This document shows positions 29,050 to 38,237 of a DNA stretch of 64,000 bases, in pieces. Below the pieces are notes generated by a model. That model ran no database searches. It saw only the letters and a program-made list of their open reading frames with translations, and was not told the DNA's origin. The translations under genes and the position numbers were made by a program. This DNA comes from an uncultured bacterium (GTDB lineage: Bacteria; Actinomycetota; Geothermincolia; Geothermincolales; Geothermincolaceae), in contig CAVXXD010000012.1 in the NCBI GenBank assembly GCA_963765625.1, forward strand, positions 207,491 to 271,490, read 5' to 3'. Each line of letters opens with the position of its first letter. Position 1 is the first letter of the stretch.

Positions 29050-30969
29050 TCAAGCGAAGACCAGGACGGCGATCACGACCCAGAACGCTATCGCCAGGAT
29101 CAGCCCTGCTACCCCGAGCAGCATTGCCATGTAGACCATGGTCATTCCCTTGTCGCTTCCGGAGGAAGCTATATCCTTCATGGCTATCTTGCCTTCGATC
29201 AGGGCGGACAGGGGACCTATGAACAGTATGAGGGGCAGTACCATGACGAATGAGGCGATGGCTATCACCAGGGCGGTCAGAGCCGAGTTGTAAGCCTTCG
29301 ACGTCGAGACCTCCTCCTGGGACGGGAGTTCGAGCAGGGGTGCGACGACCTTCTGCTCAGCCGTTGCCTCCACGGGGGTCGGTGCCTCCTCGGTTGCCGG
29401 TACCGACATGGTTGCCGGGGCGATCTTCAGGGCCCGGTTCTTCTTCCGTGCTCGAGCCCTCTGCTCGGCCGGTGTCTCCTCCGGGGACGGGGCGGCAATC
29501 GGAGCAGGTGCCTCCTCCGGGGCCGGGGCTTTTACCACAGGCGGTGCTACCTCAACCGTGGGTGTCTTCTCCGCGGCCGGCAGCGCCGTTACTCCAGGCT
29601 TCAAGTCCTGGAAGAAATCCAGCTCATCTTCGACGTACGCAGCCCCGGAAGCAGCGGGTTTCTCTGCGTCGGGTGCCTTTGCCTCGGCCGGCCCGGCTGC
29701 CTGGGGCGCTACGAAAAGGCTCTGAGCACTTGATTCAGAGGCTTCGGCCGCCATGAGAAGATCAAACGAATCCGCTTCCTCCACTGCTGCCGCGGATGCT
29801 TCCACCCCGGCTGCTTCCTCGACGGCGGGCTCGGCCTCTACGGCGGGTGCCTCCGCGGCCTCTACCGCTTCGGGCGGCTCAACTTCCGCCTCCGGGGCTG
29901 GCGCTGCAGCCGCAGCCGGTTCCACAACTGCTTCCGCAACCGCGAGTTCCGCCGCCACAGCTTCCATCTCGGCTGCCGCGGATGCTTCCACCCTGGCTGC
30001 TTCCTCGACGGCAGGCTCAGCCTCTACGGCGGGTGCCTCGGCGATCTCAACCGGTTCGGGGGCTTCGGGCTCCAGGGTCGCCGCGGCCTCGGCCGGTTCC
30101 GGTGCGAAGAAGAAGTTCTCAACCTCCTCAACTGCGGGCACTTCTACCGACGCCGTGGGTTCCTTCTCAACCGCGGGCGCTCCTACCTCTACCGTAACCG
30201 CGGATTCCTCCATTGCCGCTTCCTCAACCGCGGGCTCGGCCTCTACGGCGGGAGCTTCGGCGATCTCAACCGGTTCGGGGGCTTCGGGCTCCAGGGTCGC
30301 CGCGGCCTCGGCCGGTTCCGGCATGGGCGAGGAGAAAACTCCTGGCATGAATATAGGCGCGGAGGGCAGGACGGTGTCGCGGACTGGCAGCGAGGAATGC
30401 TGCCTGGGCTCATCCTCATCTTTGAACGTGAGCGTGGGCGATGAAAAAGCCTCGGAAACATTGACGGGAGTAGCCGGCAGGACTGCGTCGCGGATTGGCA
30501 GCGAGGAATGCTGCCTGGGCTTCATGTCGTTTTCAGCTTCAGCACCCGTAACGGCCTGCTCTGCCTCTTCTTGTCCCACTGCCGCCTCTACGGTTTCTCC
30601 GGCTTCTAGAGTGGGGGTGGAGGATTCAGGCAAGGTCAGGGCTTCCAGCAATCCATCGCCCGGCAGGACTTCGGCCGGAAGCGCTTCCTCCTTGCCGACG
30701 GTCAGGAACTTCTCCAGCGCCCTGGCGATGGCTTCGTCTTCACTTATAAATGGGGCGAACGTCTCCAGCGATGACGTGTCCGGGAAATCAGGCGTCTCCG
30801 GCATCAGTGGCGGTTCCTCCGTGGTCACTTCCCGTACTGCTTCATCTTCCGGCGGCAGCGGGGCCGGCCCGCTCTCGTCCACATGTCTGCCGCAAAAGGA
30901 GCAGACGTCGTACCCCTGTTCCAGTTCCATGCCGCACCCTTGGCAGTTCATCTCCAATGCATCCTCCAA
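29050..30969 (-). CDS. Zinc-ribbon / long acidic Ala-Glu-Pro repeat region / C-terminal DUF4190-like two-TM domain protein
   Basis: N-terminal CQGCG...CSFCG zinc ribbon. ~450 aa of low-complexity (PEAxEAAEAPAVEAEPAVEEAA)n with exact internal nucleotide duplications. C-terminal paired TM helices, ALVIAIASFVMVLPLILFIGPLSALIEGKIAMKDIASSG, typical of DUF4190. Confidence 0.6.
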   Translation of the reverse strand: MEDALEMNCQGCGMELEQGYDVCSFCGRHVDESGPAPLPPEDEAVREVTTEEPPLMPETPDFPDTSSLETFAPFISEDEAIARALEKFLTVGKEEALPAEVLPGDGLLEALTLPESSTPTLEAGETVEAAVGQEEAEQAVTGAEAENDMKPRQHSSLPIRDAVLPATPVNVSEAFSSPTLTFKDEDEPRQHSSLPVRDTVLPSAPIFMPGVFSSPMPEPAEAAATLEPEAPEPVEIAEAPAVEAEPAVEEAAMEESAVTVEVGAPAVEKEPTASVEVPAVEEVENFFFAPEPAEAAATLEPEAPEPVEIAEAPAVEAEPAVEEAARVEASAAAEMEAVAAELAVAEAVVEPAAAAAPAPEAEVEPPEAVEAAEAPAVEAEPAVEEAAGVEASAAAVEEADSFDLLMAAEASESSAQSLFVAPQAAGPAEAKAPDAEKPAASGAAYVEDELDFFQDLKPGVTALPAAEKTPTVEVAPPVVKAPAPEEAPAPIAAPSPEETPAEQRARARKKNRALKIAPATMSVPATEEAPTPVEATAEQKVVAPLLELPSQEEVSTSKAYNSALTALVIAIASFVMVLPLILFIGPLSALIEGKIAMKDIASSGSDKGMTMVYMAMLLGVAGLILAIAFWVVIAVLVFA

Positions 30970-33053
30970 AACTCTACTATGCTGATCCTACTTTTCTGTT
31001 TCTTCGGGGGGCAGGGCCTCGTCTGGAGAAGGCGGCCGCATGCCGCCATCCATGTCCGGCCCGGGTTCGGGCGCCGTTTCGTCCCGCGGGGTGAGGGCGC
31101 CCTGCCCCCGGCCGCCGACGCTTCTTTTTCGGGAGCGCGCGCCTGGCTCATAACCTGCATCAACTGCGCCGCCAGGCCTTCGAGCACGCCACCCCCGCCG
31201 CCGGCCACCAGTATCTGAGGCACGAAGTTGGTGCCGCTGCGGGAGAGGGAGTCCACTGCATTGACCATCGCCGTGGGCATCGAGCCCAGTGCCTGTACCT
31301 GGGCCCAGTAGGCTTTGGCGCGGGCCATGCCCACCGCCTCCACCTCCGCCCCCTTGGCGGCGCCGGTCTCGCGGATGAAGGCGGCCTCGCCGTCCGCTTC
31401 CGCTTTGCGGGCGTCGGCGTTGTTGGTCTTGATGTCCACGCCCACCTTGGACTGCGCCAGGCTGGCCTGCATGTCCGCGGTGCCCTTGGCCTGTTCGGTG
31501 TCGATGCGCTGGGTCTGGGCGTCCTTCTGCCTCTTGAAGGTCTCGATCTCCTGGCGGGCGATCTCACGCTCGGTCAGCACGCGCACCAGGTCGGGCGGGA
31601 AGACGACGTCCTGGATGTACACACCCTTGGTCTCCACCTGGTATTCGTTCAGCTTCTCCTTGATGTGCTCGAAGGCCTGGATCTGCACTTCCTGGCGGGT
31701 CTCGATGAACTGCACCGCCTGCATGCTCTGGAGCTTGTCCCGGAAGTGGTTGCCTACCGCTGCCTGCAGCACCTCGTTGACCAGGTTCTGCATGGTGCCC
31801 ACCATGGAGATGACCTTGGGGGCGCGGGTGTCGGGCACGTGTATCTGTACCTGTAGATCAATGGAGAAGACGAAGCCCTCTCGCGACTTTGCTACGATCT
31901 GCTTGAGCTGGCGGTCCAGGCTGTGGGCCTCGGAGGAAGCCTCGGCCCAGTTGAGGGTGAGGATGGCGGTGGGGACGACCTCCGCCTGGTATATACGGGG
32001 ATTGAGGGGATACTTGCCGGTGCGCAGGGGCTCCTGCCAGATGCCGCGGTGGCCGGGACGGACCAGCGAGCCGAACTTGAACTCCGCGCCCGAAGTGTCC
32101 TCGGTGGAGAGGCCGACATAGGCCTTGATCACCGCCACCTCTCCCTGTTCCACCACCAGCATGGGCACCAGCTCCACTCCCACCAGGAAGGGGTTGAGGG
32201 CGTAAGCCCCGTAGAGCAGCGGGTCGTGCTGCAGGCCGATACGGCCGCCGTTGTCCAGAAAAGCCTGGTAGTCCTGGAAGTTGTTGTGCAGGTTGTTCTT
32301 GCTGCCCAGCAGGGCGTCGATGAGCTCCAGGTCTCCCGCGCCGTTGGCCTCCAACTGGAGCGCGTCGTTAAACTCTCCCAGCCGGTTGGCGATGGACCCC
32401 GCCTGCAGGGGATCGCCCTCGTAAGTGGTGACGATGCCCACCGTGTCGATTAGCTCTCCGGATTGTTCGCCGGGCTGGGGGGAGATGCGCACCAGGTCCA
32501 GCTGCCAGGGGGCCAGCCCGAATGACTGGGGAAACAGTTTGCCGTCCTTGTCCGCCAGCTTCTTTAAATCGGGGGAGACGGGCAGGCCGTAGACCTGGTT
32601 CTTGGTGATCACCATGAACGCTACCGGGTGGATGGGGGCCATGGTCCCCGGGGGGAGCACCGGGCGCTGCACGCCCTTCTGGCCCTGGTTGTTCATGAAG
32701 GTCTCCAGGCTCGAGAAGTTGGCATGTTCCTTTTTATAGACGGCCGACTTGGCTCCGATGGGGAGGGGGTGGCCGACCTGGGCGATGACTACGCCGATCT
32801 GACCCGCGGGCACCTGTACCCAGGGATATTTTTCCACTTTGAATACCAGCCAGAACTTGAAGCGCAAGCCCGGCATGAGCAGTACTGCCTGATAACCCGC
32901 CTCTTTGTTGAAGGCGACGGGATCATCCTCGGTGAGCTTTCTAAATGAGAAGCGCTTCATAACCAGGCCCACCTGGGTCGGCCCGATTTTGTGGATCGAA
33001 GGCAGGATTACGAGAATGAGCAGAACCAGGATACCCAATAGCGACCATAACAT
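30948..33053 (-). CDS. SPFH/band-7 (flotillin-like) family protein
   Basis: N-terminal TM, SPFH domain, then a long coiled-coil rich in EA repeats (flotillin/YqiK-like). The last ~50 residues of the ORF look like frame junk. An alternative frame ends at 30988 with an acidic Pro-rich tail, so a terminal frameshift near a G5 run (~31100) is possible. Confidence 0.7.
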   Translation of the reverse strand: MLWSLLGILVLLILVILPSIHKIGPTQVGLVMKRFSFRKLTEDDPVAFNKEAGYQAVLLMPGLRFKFWLVFKVEKYPWVQVPAGQIGVVIAQVGHPLPIGAKSAVYKKEHANFSSLETFMNNQGQKGVQRPVLPPGTMAPIHPVAFMVITKNQVYGLPVSPDLKKLADKDGKLFPQSFGLAPWQLDLVRISPQPGEQSGELIDTVGIVTTYEGDPLQAGSIANRLGEFNDALQLEANGAGDLELIDALLGSKNNLHNNFQDYQAFLDNGGRIGLQHDPLLYGAYALNPFLVGVELVPMLVVEQGEVAVIKAYVGLSTEDTSGAEFKFGSLVRPGHRGIWQEPLRTGKYPLNPRIYQAEVVPTAILTLNWAEASSEAHSLDRQLKQIVAKSREGFVFSIDLQVQIHVPDTRAPKVISMVGTMQNLVNEVLQAAVGNHFRDKLQSMQAVQFIETRQEVQIQAFEHIKEKLNEYQVETKGVYIQDVVFPPDLVRVLTEREIARQEIETFKRQKDAQTQRIDTEQAKGTADMQASLAQSKVGVDIKTNNADARKAEADGEAAFIRETGAAKGAEVEAVGMARAKAYWAQVQALGSMPTAMVNAVDSLSRSGTNFVPQILVAGGGGGVLEGLAAQLMQVMSQARAPEKEASAAGGRAPSPRGTKRRPNPGRTWMAACGRLLQTRPCPPKKQKSRISIVEFWRMHWR

Positions 33054-33195
33054 ACCGGTCCACCTCCCTGTTTCCGGTGCCTGAATGCCTGTTGGTTCGC
33101 TAATTTTATCATACCAGCTCGCGGACGCCTTAACGGAAAATTAACACCAGCCTCCTTGGGGGATAACATCTTCCTGCCATGATGGTTCTCAGGAG

Positions 33196-33786
33196 GTGGA
33201 TGAGATGAAAAAGAAATTCGAGGCGAAGAAGAAGATCGGCACGGCCCTATTGGTGCTGACGATGATGGTTGCCGGCCTGGGCGCGCTCGCTCCCGCCGCC
33301 CTGGCGCAGAGTGAAGGTGCCGGAAAAGAGGGTGGTCTCCCACCTGAGCTCCAGGAATACGAGGGCAGGATACATGAAGCCCTTGCCCTCTTGAAGGAGC
33401 CGTTGGAGCGGGTGCGTGCCCTGGCGGGGGATCTGAAGGACAGCAAGGGAGTCGTGCGAGACGCCCTGAGCGAGAAGGGCGAAGGCGCGGTGGAGGCTTT
33501 TGCCGGGGAGCTGCGCACCTACGCGCGGGACGCGCGAGACGTATCACGTCATCTCGGGAGGGCCCGCTCCGGGGCGAGCGGCTTCCGCGGGCTACGCAGG
33601 CGGGTGACCCGGGCGGTGCGTGACGGTGACACCGAGAAGGCTATCGAGATGATCGAGGATGCCCTGTCCAGGGTGGACGAAGCCAAGGCCGGCCTGGAGC
33701 ATCTGGCATCCGACATTGAAGCTCTCCTCGCGGAGCAGGCCGGGCTGGTCGACGCCATCAACGCCTGGTCCGAGCAGGTTAGATGA
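33196..33786 (+). CDS. Secreted alpha-helical protein of unknown function
   Basis: Signal peptide with AAL-AQS cleavage-like site, then charged helical segments. No recognizable motif. Confidence 0.35.
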   Translation: MDEMKKKFEAKKKIGTALLVLTMMVAGLGALAPAALAQSEGAGKEGGLPPELQEYEGRIHEALALLKEPLERVRALAGDLKDSKGVVRDALSEKGEGAVEAFAGELRTYARDARDVSRHLGRARSGASGFRGLRRRVTRAVRDGDTEKAIEMIEDALSRVDEAKAGLEHLASDIEALLAEQAGLVDAINAWSEQVR

Positions 33787-33792
33787 ACGGTG

Positions 33793-35515
33793 TCATTGGT
33801 CGCGGGCGATGCAGCGCCTGACCTCCGCAAGGGAAGTGGCGCCCGCGATCACCTTGGCCACCGCGTTGTGCCAGAGGGTGTTCATGCCCAGCTGCACCGC
33901 CGTCTTCTTGATCTCACGGATGGGCACCTGCGTGGTCATCATCTCCTGGAGTTCGGCAGTCATCGGCATGACCTCGTAGATACCGGTGCGGTCGAAGTAA
34001 CCGCTACCTTCGCAGCCCTCACATCCCCGCGGCCTGTAGAAAGTGACCCCGGCATCCTCGACACCGGTTTCCTCGAGCTCCCGAGCGTCCGGGGTGTAGG
34101 CTTCCTTGCAGGCGGGGCAGAGCCGGCGCACCAGCCGCTGGGCGATGGCCAGCTTGACCACTTCCCGGACGTAGAAAGGCTCGATGCCGATCTCAACCAG
34201 GCGGAGAAGCGTCTCGGGAGCGTTGTTGGTGTGCAGGGTGGAGAGGAGGAGGTGGCCGGTGAGGGCTGCCTGTACCGCGGTGTGGGCGGTCTCGAGGTCG
34301 CGTATCTCCCCGACCAGGATGATGTCGGGGTCCTGCCTGAGCACCGAACGGAGCACGCGGTCGAACCCCAGGCCGATCTCGTGGTTGACCTGGATCTGGT
34401 TGACCAGTTCCAGCCGGTATTCCACCGGGTCCTCGATGGTGACGATCTTTTTCGACATGTTGGAGACGAGGTTGAGCATGGCGTACATGCTGGTGGTCTT
34501 ACCCGAACCGGTGGGACCAGTGCTCAGGATAAAACCATAAGGTTCAGCTAAAGCTTTATATATCTTTTCGAGATCACCAGGCTCGTAGCCCAATTCTACC
34601 AGTTGAACTGCGGCTTTTCCCTGGTCGAGGAGGCGAATGCTCACCGATTCCCCGTAGATGGTAGGGGAGGTGGACACGCGGAAATCGACGTCCCTGGCGC
34701 CCTGTTCGGCAAAGAAAGGACCCGTCCTGAGGCACCCGCTTCTCGGCGATGTCCAGGTTGGAAAGGACCTTGATGCGGGAGACGATGGCTGCGTGCAGTT
34801 CGGGGGTGAAGCGGTTCTCTTCCCGCAGTACCCCGTCCACCCTGAAACGCACCAGGGTATCCGCCTCTCCAGGTTCGATGTGAATATCGGACGCGCGGTC
34901 CTTGATCGCCTTAACCAGCAGGAGGTTTACCAGCTTGACGATGTTGGCTTCGTTGATATCCTCGATGTCTACTTTAACTTCACTTTTAGCGTCGATGAAC
35001 CTCAGGGACTCGTCATCCCACTCGCCTATCTTCTGTTCCAGGGTGTCGCCGCGCGAGAACCTCTCGATGACCTCGATGATGTCTTCCTCGTCCGCCAGCA
35101 CCTGTTCCAGGTCCATCCCCGACGAAAAAGAAAGCTCGTCGATGGCCACAAGCCCCAGGGGAAAGGCGGCGGCAACGGTCAGGCGTTCGCCGTCTTTCAT
35201 TACCGGGACGGCAAGGTGTTTCCTGCAGAGCGCCGTAGGGATGATAGTGGCGGTTTCGGAATCGATGGCTTCGGGGTTGAGGCGCACGTAGGGCAAGCCG
35301 CTGAAGTTGCTGGCCGCCTGGGTCACGACCGTCCTGTCCATCAGCCGCATGTCCATGAGGGCGCGGCCCAGGCCGGCGTCTCCATCCGGAGAAGTGCCCA
35401 TGGCCTCATCCAGGCGGGCCTGTTCCAGATAGCCGTGTTCCACCAGCCAGGCACCGAACACGTTCGCGTCTCCTTCCGGCATGCGCATCGCCTCCTCGGG
35501 CAAGAATCGAAACAT
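33793..35515 (-). CDS. GspE/PilB-family secretion/type IV pilus assembly ATPase, frameshift near 34620
   Basis: ORF 34574..35515 gives the N-terminal T2SSE_N-like domain. ORF 33793..34677 gives the ATPase core with Walker A GPTGSGKTT, Asp/His boxes and a tetracysteine CPAC...CEGCEG. Confidence 0.7.
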
Positions 35516-35607
35516 CCCCCTGAAATCTTAACATCTCGTGCCCGCTTTGTGCCCGCCACGCACATGCCGGGGTGGCGTGGGTTGATTTCAACCTGTAAAA
35601 TTTAAGC

Positions 35608-36429
35608 ATGAGCGGAATGGCTGTCATAGAGATCCAGGGACCTGGTCAAGGTCTACCCCGAGCCGGCGCGTCTCTCCGGTTTTAAAAGCCCCAAACGGCG
35701 AGGCGGCGGGACGAGGGCGCTTGACGGCGTAAGCCTCGACCTGGCGCGGGGAGAGGCCCTGGGGCTGGTGGGCACCAACGGAGCCGGAAAGACCACTCTT
35801 CTTAAAGTGATCTGCAACCTGCTCCTGCCGGACGGCGGGAGGGTGCTGGTCGACGGACTGGATGTGGTGAAAGAAGGGCGCGAGGCGCGCCGCCGGCTGG
35901 GGCTGGTGGTTTCGGACGAGCGCAGCTTCTACTGGAGGCTGACTGTCAGGCGCAACCTCGAATTCTTCGCGTCCCTGCACGACATGTCCGCCGCCACGGC
36001 GGAAGCTCGGCTGACGGAACTGGCTTCCTGGCTGGGCATGGAGGATTTTATGGACCGGCCTTTCTCCGATCTCTCCAGCGGCATGCGCCAGAGGGTCTCG
36101 CTGGCCCGCGGCCTGCTTCACGACCCGGACATCCTCCTGCTCGACGAACCCATCCATTCCCTGAGCCCCGACGCGGCGCTGGAGGTCGACCACATACTTT
36201 ACCGGACAACTGCGGAGAGAGAGAGGCAAGACGCTGCTGCTAGCCACCCAGTCCATGAGCGAGGTGGAGAGGGTCTGCGGCGCCATGTGCCTGCTCCATC
36301 GCGGCCGGTTACTTTTTCATGGCACGCGTGGACGGTTTTCGCCAGGAAGCCCTCAGCCGGGGCGGCCGGCCGGACATGGACCCCGACGAACTCTTCTCCG
36401 CTTACATGGGGGCCGAGTCCGATGCGTAA
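35608..36429 (+). CDS. ABC transporter ATP-binding protein, interrupted by ~3 frameshifts
   Basis: Walker A GTNGAGKTT, signature LSSGMRQRVSLAR, Walker B ILLLDEP. Start MSGMAVIEIQG at 35608. Frame switches near 35640, 36200 and 36330. The stop overlaps the permease start (ATGCGTAA). Confidence 0.65.
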
Positions 36430-37216
36430 GGCCTGGGCTTTCCTCAAGCGGGACTTCCGCATAGAGTTCAGCTACCGGCTCAACTTCCTGCTCTCGCTGG
36501 CGAGCATCTTCCTGGCTACCGCGGTCTTCTATTTCCTGGGCAAGATCGTCGACCCCTCGGTGGTGGAAGAACAGGGCACCGATTATTTCTCCTTCGTCAT
36601 CATCGGCATCGCCTTCTCTTCTTACCTGCGCACCGGGCTTTCCGCTTTTTCCGAGACCCTGAGGGAGGAGCAGATGATGGGGACCCTGGAAGCCATGCTC
36701 TCCACTCCAACGGGATATACCGCCGTGATAATGTACAGCTCGATCTGGCGCTTCCTCTTCACTTCGGTGAGCGCCCTGGTCTACCTGTTGATGGGGGCCC
36801 TCTTCTTCGGCCTCTCGCTGGGACAGGCCAACCTGCCCCCGGCCCTGGTGCTGCTGGTCCTGACCATCATCTCCTATTCCTCCCTGGGGATACTAGCCGC
36901 CTGCTTCATCATGGTCTTCAAGCGGGGCGATCCCATCAACTGGCTGGTAGGCAACCTCTCCACGCTCCTGGCGGGTGTGTATTATCCCCTGACGGTGATG
37001 CCCGGGTGGATGCAGGGCCTGGCCAAACTTCTCCCCTTGACCTGGTCGCTCCAGGGGCTGCGGCTGGCTCTGCTCAAGGGTTACGGCTTCGGGCAGTTGA
37101 AGACGGAGATCCTGGCCCTGCTGGCACTCAGCGCGGTTCTCCTGCCGGCCAGCCTCCTGCTCTTCCGGCTGGCCGTCGAACACACCAAGAGGGTCGGCAG
37201 CCTGATTAAGTACTGA
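36422..37216 (+). CDS. ABC-2 family transporter permease
   Basis: 264 aa with 6 predicted TM helices, translationally coupled to the upstream ATPase. Confidence 0.7.
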   Translation: MRKAWAFLKRDFRIEFSYRLNFLLSLASIFLATAVFYFLGKIVDPSVVEEQGTDYFSFVIIGIAFSSYLRTGLSAFSETLREEQMMGTLEAMLSTPTGYTAVIMYSSIWRFLFTSVSALVYLLMGALFFGLSLGQANLPPALVLLVLTIISYSSLGILAACFIMVFKRGDPINWLVGNLSTLLAGVYYPLTVMPGWMQGLAKLLPLTWSLQGLRLALLKGYGFGQLKTEILALLALSAVLLPASLLLFRLAVEHTKRVGSLIKY

Positions 37217-37232
37217 CGGGGCCAGGAGCCGC

Positions 37233-38132
37233 TTACTCGGCAGCCAGGGTGTCCACTTCGACCAGAGCCCAGCCGCAGTGCTCCGTCTTCTGGTAGCGGA
37301 AACCCAGGGTGTCTTCCGGGTACTGCAGGTAGACGTAAGCCGACCCCATGCCGGCGTCGAATTGAAAGCGCCCGACGGCATAGTCCTCATCCGGCCGGGT
37401 GGCTTTGGCGTAGCTCTCGGTCTGAGTGACGACCCAGGCGTCATCGGACAGCCAGGTGTAGGCGTCCAGATCGCCGACCAGGTCGTCGGGCAGTCCGGGT
37501 ATAGCGGCGATGTCGTGGCCGGCGTACTTGATAAGCCAGTCCTTCCCGGAACCGTGCACGGCCACCACCGGACCGTCTATCACGAAGTCCCCGGTCTCCC
37601 CGTCAAACCAGGCCAGGGCCCAGGTCGGGTCACTGCGGCTCACTGCCATGGCATAGATATATTGTTCCTCGGAGAGGCTTGACTCCAGCAGCGGCCGGAT
37701 CTGGGCGAAGATCTTTTCCTGCTCCGCCAGCGGTAGGAGGGCCTGCCCGGAAGCGTCGGCGGCCAGCTTGCCGTCCATCTGTTTCTGGATCTCGGCCGTG
37801 AGCCAGGCGATGACTGCTTCTATGTCGGCGTTGCGGTTGTCGCCGGTCTCGAGGTAATACTGCTTGAGGTCCTCCTCTTCCGACGTCAGGTCCAGTCGGA
37901 CCTTTTCAAGAAAGGTGTCGTCGACTCCCGCCTCCCTGGCTTCGGAGTACTTACTCCAGGCAGCGTCCAGTACGGGATTGTCGATATCGACCTTGGAGTA
38001 ATCCGGCTGGCCGCAGCCAGCCCCGGCTGCCGCGAGCAGGACTACCAGCGCTGCCATCAACACCTGCGGGAATATCCGCCGCAACGACCAACTCCTCTCA
38101 CTCGACTCAGCTTTCAACCCGGCCACACCCAT
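37233..38132 (-). CDS. Lipoprotein of unknown function with Tat-like signal (SLRRIF) and lipobox AGAGC
   Basis: The ORF extends to 38171. RBS-like GGGGAAGGGA precedes the ATG at 38132, and a terminator for fadB overlaps the longer extension. Confidence 0.45.
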   Translation of the reverse strand: MGVAGLKAESSERSWSLRRIFPQVLMAALVVLLAAAGAGCGQPDYSKVDIDNPVLDAAWSKYSEAREAGVDDTFLEKVRLDLTSEEEDLKQYYLETGDNRNADIEAVIAWLTAEIQKQMDGKLAADASGQALLPLAEQEKIFAQIRPLLESSLSEEQYIYAMAVSRSDPTWALAWFDGETGDFVIDGPVVAVHGSGKDWLIKYAGHDIAAIPGLPDDLVGDLDAYTWLSDDAWVVTQTESYAKATRPDEDYAVGRFQFDAGMGSAYVYLQYPEDTLGFRYQKTEHCGWALVEVDTLAAE

Positions 38133-38177
38133 TCCCTTCCCCGCCCCGGAACCTTTACGGCAGCGGGGCATTCTTTG

Positions 38178-38222
38178 CTCATTCTTTACTAAAAGAAAGG
38201 AGGGGCTCCGGAGAGCCCCTCC
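38178..38222 (-). terminator. Rho-independent terminator downstream of fadB
   Basis: GGAGGGGCTC-cgga-GAGCCCCTCC followed on the minus strand by a T-rich tract. Confidence 0.55.
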
Positions 38223-38237
38223 CCGCGAACTCTATGC

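Noticed and set aside
29250-30985. Plus-strand ORFs (29753..30985, 29796..30197) opposite the acidic-repeat gene, translating as poly-Ala/Ser/Thr
   Set aside because: Reverse-complement artefacts of the Ala/Glu/Pro-rich repeat coding region.
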